This document shows positions 10,590 through 20,347 of a stretch of 64,000 nucleotides of DNA, piece after piece. Positions within the stretch are counted from its first letter, which is position 1. Each line of letters opens with the position of its first letter. The DNA comes from a virus (lineage: Duplodnaviria > Caudoviricetes), in IMG/VR virus record IMGVR_UViG_2895778652_000001, positions 1-64,000 of that record. One strand, 5' to 3'. Both the position numbers and the translations under genes were made by a program. Under the pieces are notes generated by a model. That model searched no databases. It saw nothing but the letters and a program-made list of their open reading frames with translations, and was not told where the DNA came from.

Positions 10590-13170
10590 CAGAAAGCGTG
10601 TCGTCACCGACGATGATTTACAGGTTCTCGACGCCCATATCGCCTACTCGAAAGCCCAGGCAGACCGGGCGGGGGCTGAAGCCGACAAGATCGGGCAGTT
10701 CGTGGGGGATGCCCAGGTGGTGCTGGGGGAGCTGGCCGATCTTCAGACCGATATCGCGCAGTCGCAGGCCAACGCCCAGGCCGCACTCGCCAGCATCGCC
10801 ATCAGCACCGCCCTGGGCAAAACCGTAGCCAACGCTGCCGCCGTAGGGACGGAGTGGGCCGCTACCCCGGTGGGTAATAACCTTACTGACGCCGAGACGG
10901 GCGACGTTTACCTAAAAATGATGGCGGGCAGCACCCCCAGTCTGCCGATTTTCAACCTGCGGGACAACAGCGTAGGGACCATCGCCGCACTCCGCACCAA
11001 CCCAATCCGCAGGGCTAACGCCACCATCCGAGTGCGTGGCTATTACGCCCCAGGCGACGGCGGCGGCGGCGTCTACATCTGGCAGGAAGGCAGCTACCCG
11101 GCAGATGACGGCGGCATGTATATCCGGCACGCGACGGCCACGAATGGTTATTTCTTGTATCAAGCAGCCAGCCCCGGCGTGATTAGCGTGGGTGTCTACG
11201 GCGCACTCCCGGTCAATGACGCCACGAAAGGCGGCGTGCGGATCAACATGGCCGCGCAGGGCGTCAAGAACCGCTGGGAGCGCGGCACGTTACTGTTTAC
11301 GTCCGCCCTGAACGCCTACTACACCGACACGGCGATCATCTGGATTCCGGGGTTTACCCTGCGCGGATCAAGCTGTGACGCCACCGCAGGCGCACAGATC
11401 AAGCTGGCCCCCGGCGCACCAGCGGGAACAAATACCATCCAATCGAGCAGTTGGGCCAACAAGCTCGGTGGGGACTGGCTGCACTACGCCCGCCTCGAAA
11501 ACCTCGTCATCGACGGCAACAAGAGCCAAAACTCCAGCGGCGGGCATCCGCTGGCCGTGTGGCAGTTGGGCGAAACCTGCGTGATCCAAAACCTGCTGGT
11601 GAAGAACGGGCGAAAATCAAACATTCGCACTGAGGGGGTTCATGCCCCGCACCGCATTGACAACGTGACGAGCAACGGATCAGACGAATACGGATTTGAT
11701 CTGGCAGGCGGCGGCGCGTGCGTGGGTTCCGTCTATGGCCCCAGCGGCGACAACAACCAACTGGGCCTGATGAGATTCAGCGGGACCATGACCTTCTCGG
11801 TCTATGACGCCAAATCCGAGGCCAACCTGGGGGCGCTCTACCAACTGGAGTACACCGGACTCTGCACCCTGAACATTTTCGGCGGCTACACCAACTCCAA
11901 CGGCTCAGACGCCGTGTTCAGGATTGGCGCTGGCTCGATCTGCCCGATCATCAATGTGTTCGGGGCACGGCAAAACGGCGCGGCCTACTGGTTTCGCAAC
12001 CTCCCAGAGCCTTCCAAGGACGTGCTGGGGCCGGGACGCACGCACTACACGGGCAGTTACAACAGCGATGCCTTCCATGTGGGGAACGTGCATTTTAGCG
12101 GCGTGATGACCCAGGGCGGCTCACCCGATGCCCCGGCCATCAGCCGCACAGTGGGAACAGGCAGCCCGGAAGGTGTGATCACCGCCAATCCTGGCAGCGA
12201 GTACACCCGCACAGACGGCGCACTCGGGACGCTCAAGTACCTCAAGGCCACAGGCGTAGGCAAATCCGGCTGGGTGCTCTTGGGGGATGAGGCAGTCGCG
12301 GGCCAGCCGAACCCGGTCTACACCTCCGTCACGGCCAAACCCGTTGCCGCCGTGAACGACATGCCGTACTCCGATGATTTTGTGGCGCAGTGGACCGTGG
12401 ACGGCGGGCAGACCGTGACTGCCAACAGCACAGACCGCAAAGGGCCAAGCGGCGCGTATGACACCACCAAGTTTGTCATCACCTCCGATGCCGGGTCCAC
12501 CACGGGCGCGGGCCGGAATGTGGTCATCAACGCCACGCAGGCTGTGGTGTGGGCGCTGGTCAGCGTGGGAACGCAGATCGGAACCACCCCCTTCCGGTTG
12601 CGCCTGAGCGACGTGACCGCCAGCAACGTTCAGCGCGGCGCAGTGGGATGGACCTATCCCAGTGACGAGACGCCCACACTCAAGCCCCTGGACGGGAACG
12701 TCAACTATGGCAACGCCGCGCAGGGCAGCATCAAGCTGGGAACGATTGACGGTCACGACTGGCACATCCTCTGGATGCTCGTCACGGGGCTGACCTCTGG
12801 CAACACGCACAACCCGAAAATCAACGTGCGGTACACCGGACCTACCTCCATCGGGCAAACGCTGTTCGTGGCCCGCATCGGGATTCAGGCCGGGGCGTCT
12901 GCGCTCTCGATGCCAGGGGTGTTCGTCAAGACGGGTGCGGCAGGTGTCGCCACCACGAGCAGCCCGTTCTCCACGCTGGACGGCAGCCTGTACCCCAAAC
13001 CACTCAAGGCGCTGGCGCTGACCAGCACAGTCCCGCCCAACACCGCAATCGTGGCGGCGGCAGCTTACGATCAGGCGGTCTTGACCTCGTTGATTGCGCG
13101 AGTGGAGGCGTTGCGAGTGCGGGAAGCAGAACTCGAAACCCGCCTGCGGGACGGGGGGCTACTCGCATGA
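10573..13170 (+). CDS. Tail fibre/spike with a pectin-lyase-like beta-helix (possible depolymerase)
   Basis: N-terminal coiled coil, GYYAPGDGGGGVY motif, LENLVIDGNK beta-helix and GTGSPEGVITANPGSEY motif of tailspikes; coiled-coil C-terminus. Confidence 0.8.
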   Translation: MTNPSNRKRVVTDDDLQVLDAHIAYSKAQADRAGAEADKIGQFVGDAQVVLGELADLQTDIAQSQANAQAALASIAISTALGKTVANAAAVGTEWAATPVGNNLTDAETGDVYLKMMAGSTPSLPIFNLRDNSVGTIAALRTNPIRRANATIRVRGYYAPGDGGGGVYIWQEGSYPADDGGMYIRHATATNGYFLYQAASPGVISVGVYGALPVNDATKGGVRINMAAQGVKNRWERGTLLFTSALNAYYTDTAIIWIPGFTLRGSSCDATAGAQIKLAPGAPAGTNTIQSSSWANKLGGDWLHYARLENLVIDGNKSQNSSGGHPLAVWQLGETCVIQNLLVKNGRKSNIRTEGVHAPHRIDNVTSNGSDEYGFDLAGGGACVGSVYGPSGDNNQLGLMRFSGTMTFSVYDAKSEANLGALYQLEYTGLCTLNIFGGYTNSNGSDAVFRIGAGSICPIINVFGARQNGAAYWFRNLPEPSKDVLGPGRTHYTGSYNSDAFHVGNVHFSGVMTQGGSPDAPAISRTVGTGSPEGVITANPGSEYTRTDGALGTLKYLKATGVGKSGWVLLGDEAVAGQPNPVYTSVTAKPVAAVNDMPYSDDFVAQWTVDGGQTVTANSTDRKGPSGAYDTTKFVITSDAGSTTGAGRNVVINATQAVVWALVSVGTQIGTTPFRLRLSDVTASNVQRGAVGWTYPSDETPTLKPLDGNVNYGNAAQGSIKLGTIDGHDWHILWMLVTGLTSGNTHNPKINVRYTGPTSIGQTLFVARIGIQAGASALSMPGVFVKTGAAGVATTSSPFSTLDGSLYPKPLKALALTSTVPPNTAIVAAAAYDQAVLTSLIARVEALRVREAELETRLRDGGLLA

Positions 13171-13187
13171 CGCAGACAGGAGGACGC

Positions 13188-13406
13188 ATGGAACGGTGTA
13201 ATACCTGCCCTCACTGGGGCGCAAAAGACCCTGTGATGAATGATGCTGGCGACGAGGATGTGAAAACCTGCGCCCTAACCACCACATCGTATGCGGGTCC
13301 AGATGGTGATGGTGAAAACGCTTGGGCTTTTGCCGAAAGCGGGGACGAGGCTGTGCTATACACCAATGCCGAGTTTGGCTGTACCGAGCATCCGGGGAAC
13401 CAATAG
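13188..13406 (+). CDS. Small Cys-containing hypothetical protein
   Basis: AGGAGG RBS before ATG 13188; CNTCPHW...FGCTEH motif. Confidence 0.6.
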   Translation: MERCNTCPHWGAKDPVMNDAGDEDVKTCALTTTSYAGPDGDGENAWAFAESGDEAVLYTNAEFGCTEHPGNQ

Positions 13407-13438
13407 CACACAGAATCGGCCAGCAAAACAGCCCCCAG

Positions 13439-13660
13439 ATGATTGGAGACATTTCATATAGGGAGCGCACCTTGATCCTAACCGCGATGACCATCGGCGT
13501 TCTATTTGCGGCCCTGGTCAGTGCCTTGATGATCGGCACCGGCCTCGCAAAAATGCTTCCGCCTCGACCCCTTGCGCTATTTCCCCCCTGGTTTTTGCTG
13601 GGGATGGGAGCCTTCATGCTGTTCTGGAGCTTCCTTCAGATGTTCTTTGAGAAGTTCTGA
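13439..13660 (+). CDS. Small two-TM membrane protein
   Basis: Two hydrophobic helices; overlaps the 3' end of the opposite-strand gene. Confidence 0.4.
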   Translation: MIGDISYRERTLILTAMTIGVLFAALVSALMIGTGLAKMLPPRPLALFPPWFLLGMGAFMLFWSFLQMFFEKF

Positions 13661-14215
13661 CTGCTGTCGCAGCAGATCATTCCTCTCTTGATCAAGTTGG
13701 AATGATCGATCCGAACTTCTCTGAGCTTGCTCTGTCTGCTTCTGGATTGCAGCAGTTTGTTCTCGAATAAGCTGAATGATTTGTTCTCCCTGGACCGAAG
13801 CGCTGTCCGAATTCAATTGATTTTGAAGAAAGGTGAATAACCCAATAATAAAGGCAAGTAGTACAGCCAATTGCCCTTCATTGAGTTTGTTAATTTCAGG
13901 CGCAAGTTCAGGCAAAACTTTAGCGATTGCTTGCTGAGTAGCCTTCTTACTTCGTCCGTTCAACTGGAACGGCGAGAGGACGGAGGTGATAATCGCTAAA
14001 TCAGCTTTCGATATGCCCCCTCGTGGAACAGTCACATTTCCACCTGAAACACTTATTGTCAAACCATCTGCAATTAAGGGGCCGGAACCTCCACAGTTCG
14101 GGCAAGGCCCGAAGACTATATTTGAAACTCTCATATCGTCGCCGTCATCGGGTATTTCCATTACTGACGGGAAAATAGTCCCGCAAGCATTGCAGCGAGC
14201 ATTCATAAAAGGCAT
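13577..14215 (-). CDS. Low-GC moron: Zn-ribbon, TM helix and coiled coil
   Basis: GGAG RBS before ATG 14215; CNAC...CPNC; TM LAVLLAFIIGLFTFL; Gln-rich coil; visibly AT-rich DNA. Confidence 0.65.
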   Translation of the reverse strand: MPFMNARCNACGTIFPSVMEIPDDGDDMRVSNIVFGPCPNCGGSGPLIADGLTISVSGGNVTVPRGGISKADLAIITSVLSPFQLNGRSKKATQQAIAKVLPELAPEINKLNEGQLAVLLAFIIGLFTFLQNQLNSDSASVQGEQIIQLIREQTAAIQKQTEQAQRSSDRSFQLDQERNDLLRQQSELLKEHLKEAPEQHEGSHPQQKPGGK

Positions 14216-14410
14216 AAGGCTCCAACGCAGACCGCATTTGTTTCCGAAGTACACTAAATCACCGCGATCCAGCAGCCTTCGGGCGGCCCAACCACACCCC
14301 CGCATTGGCGTGCGCGGGGTGTTCTGCTGAGGCTACCGCATCCGCTGATTTCTCCCGATACGTTCAGATGTCGGGTTGAAGATCAAGCCGAATATCGGCC
14401 AAAGAAAGCC

Positions 14411-14445
14411 AAAGAAAAGCGCCCAGGAATCATCTCCTGGGCGCT
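14411..14445 (-). terminator. Intrinsic terminator of the recombinase gene
   Basis: AGCGCCCAGGA/TCCTGGGCGCT stem followed by a T-rich tract on the minus strand. Confidence 0.7.
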
Positions 14446-14458
14446 GCTGATGTCGGGG

Positions 14459-15433
14459 TTAGTCCGCTGCGTCCTCTGCCACGTCCCAGCTCTTGAGCGC
14501 ATCGGTGAGCTTCGTGCTGCTCAACTTCGCATAGGTTTCTGTCGTTGAAATGCTGCTGTGCCGCAGATGCCTCGCCACCACGAAGATGTCGCCGCACTGG
14601 TCCAGGAGCAGCGTGGCCGCCGAGTGCCGCAGACCGTGGACGTGGCGCTTCTCGTATTTGACCCCGGTGCGGCTGCACAGACTCCGCAAAACCAGCCGCA
14701 CGGTCTTCTGGTTCTGCCAGGCCAGCACCGGCCCTTCCCTGTCCTCCTCCGGCACCTGGGCCAGCGACTCGGTCAGCGCTGCGGTGAGGTGAACCGTCGC
14801 CGTCTTCCGGCCTTTGCCGGTCACCACCATCACCCGCTTCAGGAGGTCAATGTGCTGCCACCTTAAACCGATCAGCTCAGACATCCTCAGCGCCCCATGC
14901 GCGCCCAGGAGCAAGAACCGCGTTTCGTCCGCGTCCGCTAGGGCGAGCAGGGCATTGATGTCCTCTCGCGAGTACGCCTCCCGCTTCGTCCACTTGTCCT
15001 CAGTGTCATGGGCGCGAGGGGTGTCGGCGAAAGGATCACCTTCCAGCACGTTGGCCCACCGCAGGGCGCGGTACAGGGCGCGGGCGGCGCTGCGCCTGGA
15101 GTTGATGGTGCCGGGCTTCATCCCCTGCCGCTCCAGCCCCCGGATGTAGCCGATGGTCAGGTCCGTATCGTGTTCGGTCAGCCGCTTCCAGCCGAGGGGC
15201 AGCGCGTAGGCGAGATAGGCCCGCACGCCAGTCGTGTACCCGCGCATCGTGTGCGGGCTGGTGTGCGCCCCGCCGCGCCCGTAGGCCAGCAGGTTGTGCA
15301 TGGTCAGGCTGACGAGCAGATCGATATCGCCACTCTTCAGCGCCTTCCTGACCGTCTTCTCCCGTTTCTCGCGGAGCAGGGTGTCCCAGTCATAGGGCAT
15401 GGACTCCGCCGGAGCGGTTGTATTCTCTTTCAT
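14459..15433 (-). CDS. Tyrosine recombinase (XerC/D-like resolvase or integrase)
   Basis: Catalytic residues in GALRMSE, GKGRK, HGLRH and HLRHSSISTTETY; GGGAGG RBS before ATG 15433. Confidence 0.93.
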   Translation of the reverse strand: MKENTTAPAESMPYDWDTLLREKREKTVRKALKSGDIDLLVSLTMHNLLAYGRGGAHTSPHTMRGYTTGVRAYLAYALPLGWKRLTEHDTDLTIGYIRGLERQGMKPGTINSRRSAARALYRALRWANVLEGDPFADTPRAHDTEDKWTKREAYSREDINALLALADADETRFLLLGAHGALRMSELIGLRWQHIDLLKRVMVVTGKGRKTATVHLTAALTESLAQVPEEDREGPVLAWQNQKTVRLVLRSLCSRTGVKYEKRHVHGLRHSAATLLLDQCGDIFVVARHLRHSSISTTETYAKLSSTKLTDALKSWDVAEDAAD

Positions 15434-15500
15434 GCTGTGCCTCCCGTAAGGCGTAGGTGGCCCTGGGTGCTCTAACACCGCGAGGGTCTACTCATTTAGC

Positions 15501-15527
15501 TTGACGACTAACGCATAGCCTTGTCAA
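15501..15527. promoter_or_regulatory. Imperfect palindrome upstream of the recombinase (candidate binding or recombination site)
   Basis: TTGACGA-N13-TTGTCAA. Confidence 0.4.
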
Positions 15528-15547
15528 CGTCCACAACAGAATTTATG

Positions 15548-15580
15548 CAAGCCCCTACAGAAATGTGGGGGCTTTGCTTT
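15548..15580 (+). terminator. Hairpin / terminator
   Basis: AAGCCCCTACA-GAAA-TGTGGGGGCTT followed by TGCTTT. Confidence 0.55.
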
Positions 15581-15596
15581 GGCCATTGGAGGCCCC

Positions 15597-17786
15597 ATGT
15601 CCTCAATCGCACGTCTGCTGGCCCTGCTCGCGGGCATTCGGCCCGGCTCTGGTTCAGCGCCGCCGCCTCGGCCCACCATCCTGTTCACCGGCGCTGCTGG
15701 CCCTGTGACCGCCTCGCCTTATCCGCTCGCTGTCGAGCTGAGTGACAGCAGCAACACGGCGCGGGTGGATTTCTTCAAAGGCACCGTGCAGATCGGCCAG
15801 CGCCTGTCTGCCCCCTATACCTGCCCTGCCGAGCTGACTTTCGTGGACAACGGCGAGGTCCAGTTCCGCGCGGTGGTGGTGGACAAGCAAGGCAATCCCC
15901 GTGAGGTCAGCTTCAAGATCGACGTTGCCATCGGCGTGCCCGACACCACCGCACCCGTCCCCCTCCTGACCGCCAGCTCGCTTAACTTCACTGCCGACGG
16001 CACCCTGACCCTGAACGCCAGCGGGACCGATGCGGGCGGCGCGGTCACGCTGCTGCTCACGCGGGACGGTACGGCAATCACCATCCCCCCCGGCGGCGAG
16101 GTCACCGAGGGCATCACGCGGTCCAGCAACGGCACGCACGTCTACCTGCTCAGGGCCACCGATGCTGCTGGCAACTTTGCCACCACCACGCAAACCGTCA
16201 CCGTCGCCATCCCGCTGCCAGGAGCAACCGTCGGCGTGAGTGCTTCACCCGGCAGCGTGACCACCGCAAGGCCGCTCGCCCTGGGCGCAGTGGCCACCCC
16301 TCCCAGCGGTCTGACCATCAAATGGCTGGATTTCTACCGGGGCAGCGTCAGCCCGGCCAATTTCATCAGCCGCTCCAGCAGTCCGCCTTACACGGCCACC
16401 ACCGATGTGACGGCTGCGGACAACGGCACCCTGACCCTGATCGCCATCGCCACCGACAGCCAGAACCGAACGGCGCAGGGCACAACCAACGTCACTGTCG
16501 CCATCTCGGGAGGCACGCCGCCGCCCACGCCAGACCCTGCCCTGTATGTGGAGCCGGACCCCAGCACGATCACCTGGAGCGCGTTTGTGGTCATCAACGA
16601 TGCCTACCTGGACGGCCTGGGCATTGTGCCGATTGTGGGCGGGCCGGATGCTGGGCGTTCACTGGTGACGGGCCTGACCGCGCGCACGCTGGTCAAGGGC
16701 CAGTGCGCCATCTACGTCAACACCACGCGCCCACTGCTGCTGACGCACAGCACGGCCAGCGCGCCTTCAGGCAACACCACCGGGCAGGCCGCCATCGGCA
16801 ACGCGGCCTACGGCCTGCCACCGGGCAACACCGTCGCGGTGGACGTGGTGATCCGCGATTGCAGCGTCATCACGCCAGGGCTGGATCTCGCAGACGGACA
16901 GCGCGGCGGCGGCATCCTGTTCGAGTACGCGAAAAACATCATCGTCGAGAACTGCAACTTCAACGGCGTGGGCATCAACCTCCAGACGTGCTGCTGGGGC
17001 GGTGGCACCTTCCGGGCCGAGCGCAACCGCTTCCGCAATATCGACGGACGCTTCCGGGACCGCAGCTCGCCCAACGGGTTCTCGCTGGGCGGTGATGGCG
17101 TGGGCTGGTACCGCGTGCAGGCGGTGCAGCTCGACAAGGTGCGCGGCGTGGCAGGCATGTCGATCAAGGACAACTGGGTCACCAATCTGCCCGGAGAATC
17201 CCGCGTCGAGGACAACATCAACACCTACAAATCGGGCGGCACGTCGGCCAGCCCATTGATGATTGACCGCAACCTCATCGACGGCGCGTATGACACGGTG
17301 CCCAGCAATATCTACTCGGGTTCGGCCATCGTCATGGGCGACGAGGGCGGCGAATACACCACGGCGCAGCGCAACACCGCCGTGCGCACCTCCAACACGG
17401 GCATCAGCATGTCGTCCACCAATTTCGGCAAGATCATCAGCAACCGGATCGCGCAGACCGGCTTTGCGCCGGACGGGTCTCGGGTGGACCAGAACGGCGC
17501 GAACATTGACGTGGGCATCTATGCCCGCAATTACGCCAGCAACTTCTTCATGGACAAGACCACGAACATCGTGGACGACAACGATGTGGCCTGGGCTGCG
17601 CCGCTGGCTGGACAGCCAGGGCGCAGGCTGGACTTCGGCTTCAGCGACAACGCCACCGAGGGGCCGATTGGCAACCGTTCGTACACGGCGGGGGCGGTGC
17701 CTGAGTCCCTGATCACCGACTGGATCGCCGATCACCTGGCGGTCTGGGCGGCGGCAGATGTGGTGGTGGGGCGGCGGGTGGCGTGA
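15597..17786 (+). CDS. Ig-like (Big) domains plus right-handed beta-helix protein, probable virion accessory fibre
   Basis: Repeated VDFFKG/LDFYRG...PYT Ig-like modules, a Pro linker, and a beta-helix C-terminal half (IIVENCNF, IKDNWV, IDRNLIDG). GGAGG RBS. Confidence 0.72.
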   Translation: MSSIARLLALLAGIRPGSGSAPPPRPTILFTGAAGPVTASPYPLAVELSDSSNTARVDFFKGTVQIGQRLSAPYTCPAELTFVDNGEVQFRAVVVDKQGNPREVSFKIDVAIGVPDTTAPVPLLTASSLNFTADGTLTLNASGTDAGGAVTLLLTRDGTAITIPPGGEVTEGITRSSNGTHVYLLRATDAAGNFATTTQTVTVAIPLPGATVGVSASPGSVTTARPLALGAVATPPSGLTIKWLDFYRGSVSPANFISRSSSPPYTATTDVTAADNGTLTLIAIATDSQNRTAQGTTNVTVAISGGTPPPTPDPALYVEPDPSTITWSAFVVINDAYLDGLGIVPIVGGPDAGRSLVTGLTARTLVKGQCAIYVNTTRPLLLTHSTASAPSGNTTGQAAIGNAAYGLPPGNTVAVDVVIRDCSVITPGLDLADGQRGGGILFEYAKNIIVENCNFNGVGINLQTCCWGGGTFRAERNRFRNIDGRFRDRSSPNGFSLGGDGVGWYRVQAVQLDKVRGVAGMSIKDNWVTNLPGESRVEDNINTYKSGGTSASPLMIDRNLIDGAYDTVPSNIYSGSAIVMGDEGGEYTTAQRNTAVRTSNTGISMSSTNFGKIISNRIAQTGFAPDGSRVDQNGANIDVGIYARNYASNFFMDKTTNIVDDNDVAWAAPLAGQPGRRLDFGFSDNATEGPIGNRSYTAGAVPESLITDWIADHLAVWAAADVVVGRRVA

Positions 17787-18199
17787 GGTGGCTGCTGGTC
17801 CTCCTGCTGTGCGCTTGCGCGCCAAAACTGCCCCCAGATTCCCCAACGGTCTGGGGGCTTTCCTATACCGCCATCGAGGTTGCACCGGGCAGCCTCGCAC
17901 CCCTGGCCGCCACTGCTGGCCGGGGTGTGATCCGCATCGAATCCGGGCAGGTCAGCACGCGGATGGTGGCCCATGAGGTCACGCACCTGTGGCAGCAGCG
18001 CCATTACCTGATTCCCGCCGCGTTCCTGGGAGCCGCCTGTCTGCGCCAGCCCGCCTGGAACTGCAACGCCCTGGAAGCACACGCGGACGCGGTAGGTGAG
18101 GCAGCGGTCATGGCCGGCTGTTCCCCTGGTGATTTCGGCTGGCCAGGGTGGGCACCCACCGACTGCCCGTTGCCGGACCCGCTGGCCGTCCGTCCCTGA
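17783..18199 (+). CDS. Lipoprotein with an HEXXH zinc motif
   Basis: Lipobox LCAC; HEVTH plus a downstream LEAHA. Confidence 0.65.
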   Translation: MRWLLVLLLCACAPKLPPDSPTVWGLSYTAIEVAPGSLAPLAATAGRGVIRIESGQVSTRMVAHEVTHLWQQRHYLIPAAFLGAACLRQPAWNCNALEAHADAVGEAAVMAGCSPGDFGWPGWAPTDCPLPDPLAVRP

Positions 18200-18232
18200 A
18201 CCCACTCCCCACCTTTCTAGGAGGTGATTCCC

Positions 18233-18658
18233 ATGCGAACTTCTGTGCTGCTGCTGGCCCTGCTGGCTGGGGCAACCCATTCTGGAGCGTTGCTCAACAG
18301 CATTCCGCCCACGCCGCCTCTCTTTGCCTTCGCGGCGGCCTCCGTGCCCGACTGCCACCTGAACGTCTTCCCCGATTACACCCTGGGCTTCGCCTATCAG
18401 GCATTTCTTCAGCCGTCCAGCGACTGCCTGTTCACGGTCAGCCTGCGGGTCCGCAAGACCAGCACCATCAGCCGCAAACGCAACGGTGCGCCGTACCAGC
18501 CCATCATCCCGGACGGCAGCGCCCGCTACGGCGGCGTCTATTCCTGGACCCTGGGCAAGTACGGCGGCACGGTGCCCAGGCGCGAGCTGTGGACCTCCTA
18601 TAGCTGGAAGTGGCAATGGTTGGACGGCGAAGTCTGGCGGGACGGCGTGGAACCGTGA
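18233..18658 (+). CDS. Secreted hypothetical protein
   Basis: AGGAGG RBS; signal peptide MRTSVLLLALLAGATHSGA. Confidence 0.6.
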   Translation: MRTSVLLLALLAGATHSGALLNSIPPTPPLFAFAAASVPDCHLNVFPDYTLGFAYQAFLQPSSDCLFTVSLRVRKTSTISRKRNGAPYQPIIPDGSARYGGVYSWTLGKYGGTVPRRELWTSYSWKWQWLDGEVWRDGVEP

Positions 18659-19161
18659 GGGCGCGCTGGCAACGGCTGCTCTCGGGTCCGGCAGGGATGG
18701 TCCGGGCGATCTGGATGTGGATTCAAACCTTCTTCGGCCATCGCCCCCAGTCCGCCCTGCACTGGGTCACGCTGGCGGTCCACCTCGGCTTCGTGCTGAC
18801 AGTAGTGCTGCGGCCCTACCTGCCCTACATCGTTGGCAGCTTCAACGCCTTTGATGACGTGCTGCCCTGGAAGGTCTGGGGCTGGGTGGCGGGGACCATC
18901 GCGCTCTCTCTTCTGCTGGTCAAGCCAGGAACGGGCTGGTCTCAGACGGCCCACCTGTTCTCCAGCGCGTACTTCTTTCTGGTGGCATCCGTATTCGTGA
19001 CCGGCAGCGGCCTGACCACCAGCTATTTCACGTATTCCTCTCTGGCCATCGGTTCGCTGTGGCTGCTGCTGCGCGACTTCCGGGACTGGTTCCCACGGCA
19101 GCAGTGGGTCAAGCGACTGGTGGACCACCCGCCCGCCTGGATCAAACGGCGGGAGGGCTGA
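18655..19161 (+). CDS. Multi-TM membrane protein in the lysis module (holin or antiholin candidate)
   Basis: About four TM helices; GTGA overlap; upstream of the endolysin. Confidence 0.55.
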   Translation: MRARWQRLLSGPAGMVRAIWMWIQTFFGHRPQSALHWVTLAVHLGFVLTVVLRPYLPYIVGSFNAFDDVLPWKVWGWVAGTIALSLLLVKPGTGWSQTAHLFSSAYFFLVASVFVTGSGLTTSYFTYSSLAIGSLWLLLRDFRDWFPRQQWVKRLVDHPPAWIKRREG

Positions 19162-19493
19162 TGCCAGATCAGGAAGTGATTCTGAACGCGATCAGCAAGT
19201 CCCCGCTGTTCGGTGGTGCCGCCGTGTTGATCTGGGCCATCGGGTACCTGCTCAGCCAGTGGCGGGGCGGCAAGGCCAGCGTGGCCGAGAAGGAAAGTCT
19301 GAGCGAGCGCCTGGAGCTGGTGGAAGGGCGACTGGCGAAGGCCGAGAAGAAGCTGGAGCGCGTGATGAGCCGCTTCTACACCGTGCTGGGCCAGCGCAAC
19401 GACGCGCAGAACTATGCCCGGCTGCTGGAACAGATTTACAGCCACCAGCCGCCGCGACAGTGGCCGGTGGATCCACCTCTGGAGGACGAATAG
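19161..19493 (+). CDS. Single-TM coiled-coil protein (holin-like)
   Basis: N-terminal TM followed by a coiled coil; directly upstream of the endolysin. Confidence 0.55.
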   Translation: MPDQEVILNAISKSPLFGGAAVLIWAIGYLLSQWRGGKASVAEKESLSERLELVEGRLAKAEKKLERVMSRFYTVLGQRNDAQNYARLLEQIYSHQPPRQWPVDPPLEDE

Positions 19494-20237
19494 ATGTACC
19501 TGAACGCAAACATGATCGCCGCCGCCCGTAAATGGGCGGCGTTTTACATCGAGGCCGAGCGGCGCGTCGGTGTGCCCCGTGACCTGCTGGCGGCCCTGCA
19601 TTACCGGGAAACCGCATTCGGGGCCAGCACGGGCCGGGTGGGGGGCATTCTGCAATTTGATCCACCGCTTTCTTCTGCCCGTGTCCGCGAGTACGGAGCT
19701 GCATACGGCATCACCGATTTGACAGACCCTGAGCGAGATCCCCGTACCGCTGTCCTCTGCGCCGCTGCCTTCGTGCAGGCCAAGCTCAAGAGCGCTGGCC
19801 GCCCCGCTCTGACCCCACTCTCCAGTCTGGCCGACTGCGGCTATGCGGCCTTCCTGTACAACGGCACCGGCTACGGCAGCGTGGCGAACAGCCCGTATGC
19901 CAGCAACGATCCGCAGAACGGCGTGCAGATGCGAATTCGGGGCACCGTGCCCAGCCTCGCCAATCCCGCCATCCGCGTTCGGATCGATCAGCCGGACACC
20001 CGGCCCGGCGTGCTGGCGGTGATGCACGAACTGCGAGCGCGGGGCGTGCTGGGCAGCGGTGTGCCCGTCGTACCCCCTGTACTTACGGCCCCCTCTGCCT
20101 TTCCCGGCTTGATGGTGCCGGGTCCCAGCGGGTTCGAGTCTGCCAGTCAGGCGCAATACACCTTCCCCTATCCCACCGTCCTGGGCTTCTCCGGTGGCCG
20201 CTGGTTTGTCCGGCCCGCACGGGCGGACGAACTGTAA
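19494..20237 (+). CDS. Endolysin, lysozyme-like / lytic transglycosylase fold
   Basis: GVPRDLLAALHYRET catalytic-Glu motif, GILQF, AAFLYNGTGY. Confidence 0.75.
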   Translation: MYLNANMIAAARKWAAFYIEAERRVGVPRDLLAALHYRETAFGASTGRVGGILQFDPPLSSARVREYGAAYGITDLTDPERDPRTAVLCAAAFVQAKLKSAGRPALTPLSSLADCGYAAFLYNGTGYGSVANSPYASNDPQNGVQMRIRGTVPSLANPAIRVRIDQPDTRPGVLAVMHELRARGVLGSGVPVVPPVLTAPSAFPGLMVPGPSGFESASQAQYTFPYPTVLGFSGGRWFVRPARADEL

Positions 20238-20347
20238 AGCCAGCGCGCAACAAAGCAGCCGAAATAGATCCAGGACCGCGCAACTGGATTGCCCTCACTG
20301 CTGGCCCGACTGCGCGCGGGCCATTTCTCTTCCCTCTGGAGGGACAC

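Noticed and set aside
10573-17786. Tail-fibre shufflon or invertible segment driven by the adjacent recombinase
   Set aside because: Both fibre-like genes are complete and on the same strand. No inverted crossover repeats or orphan C-terminal cassettes were seen by eye.
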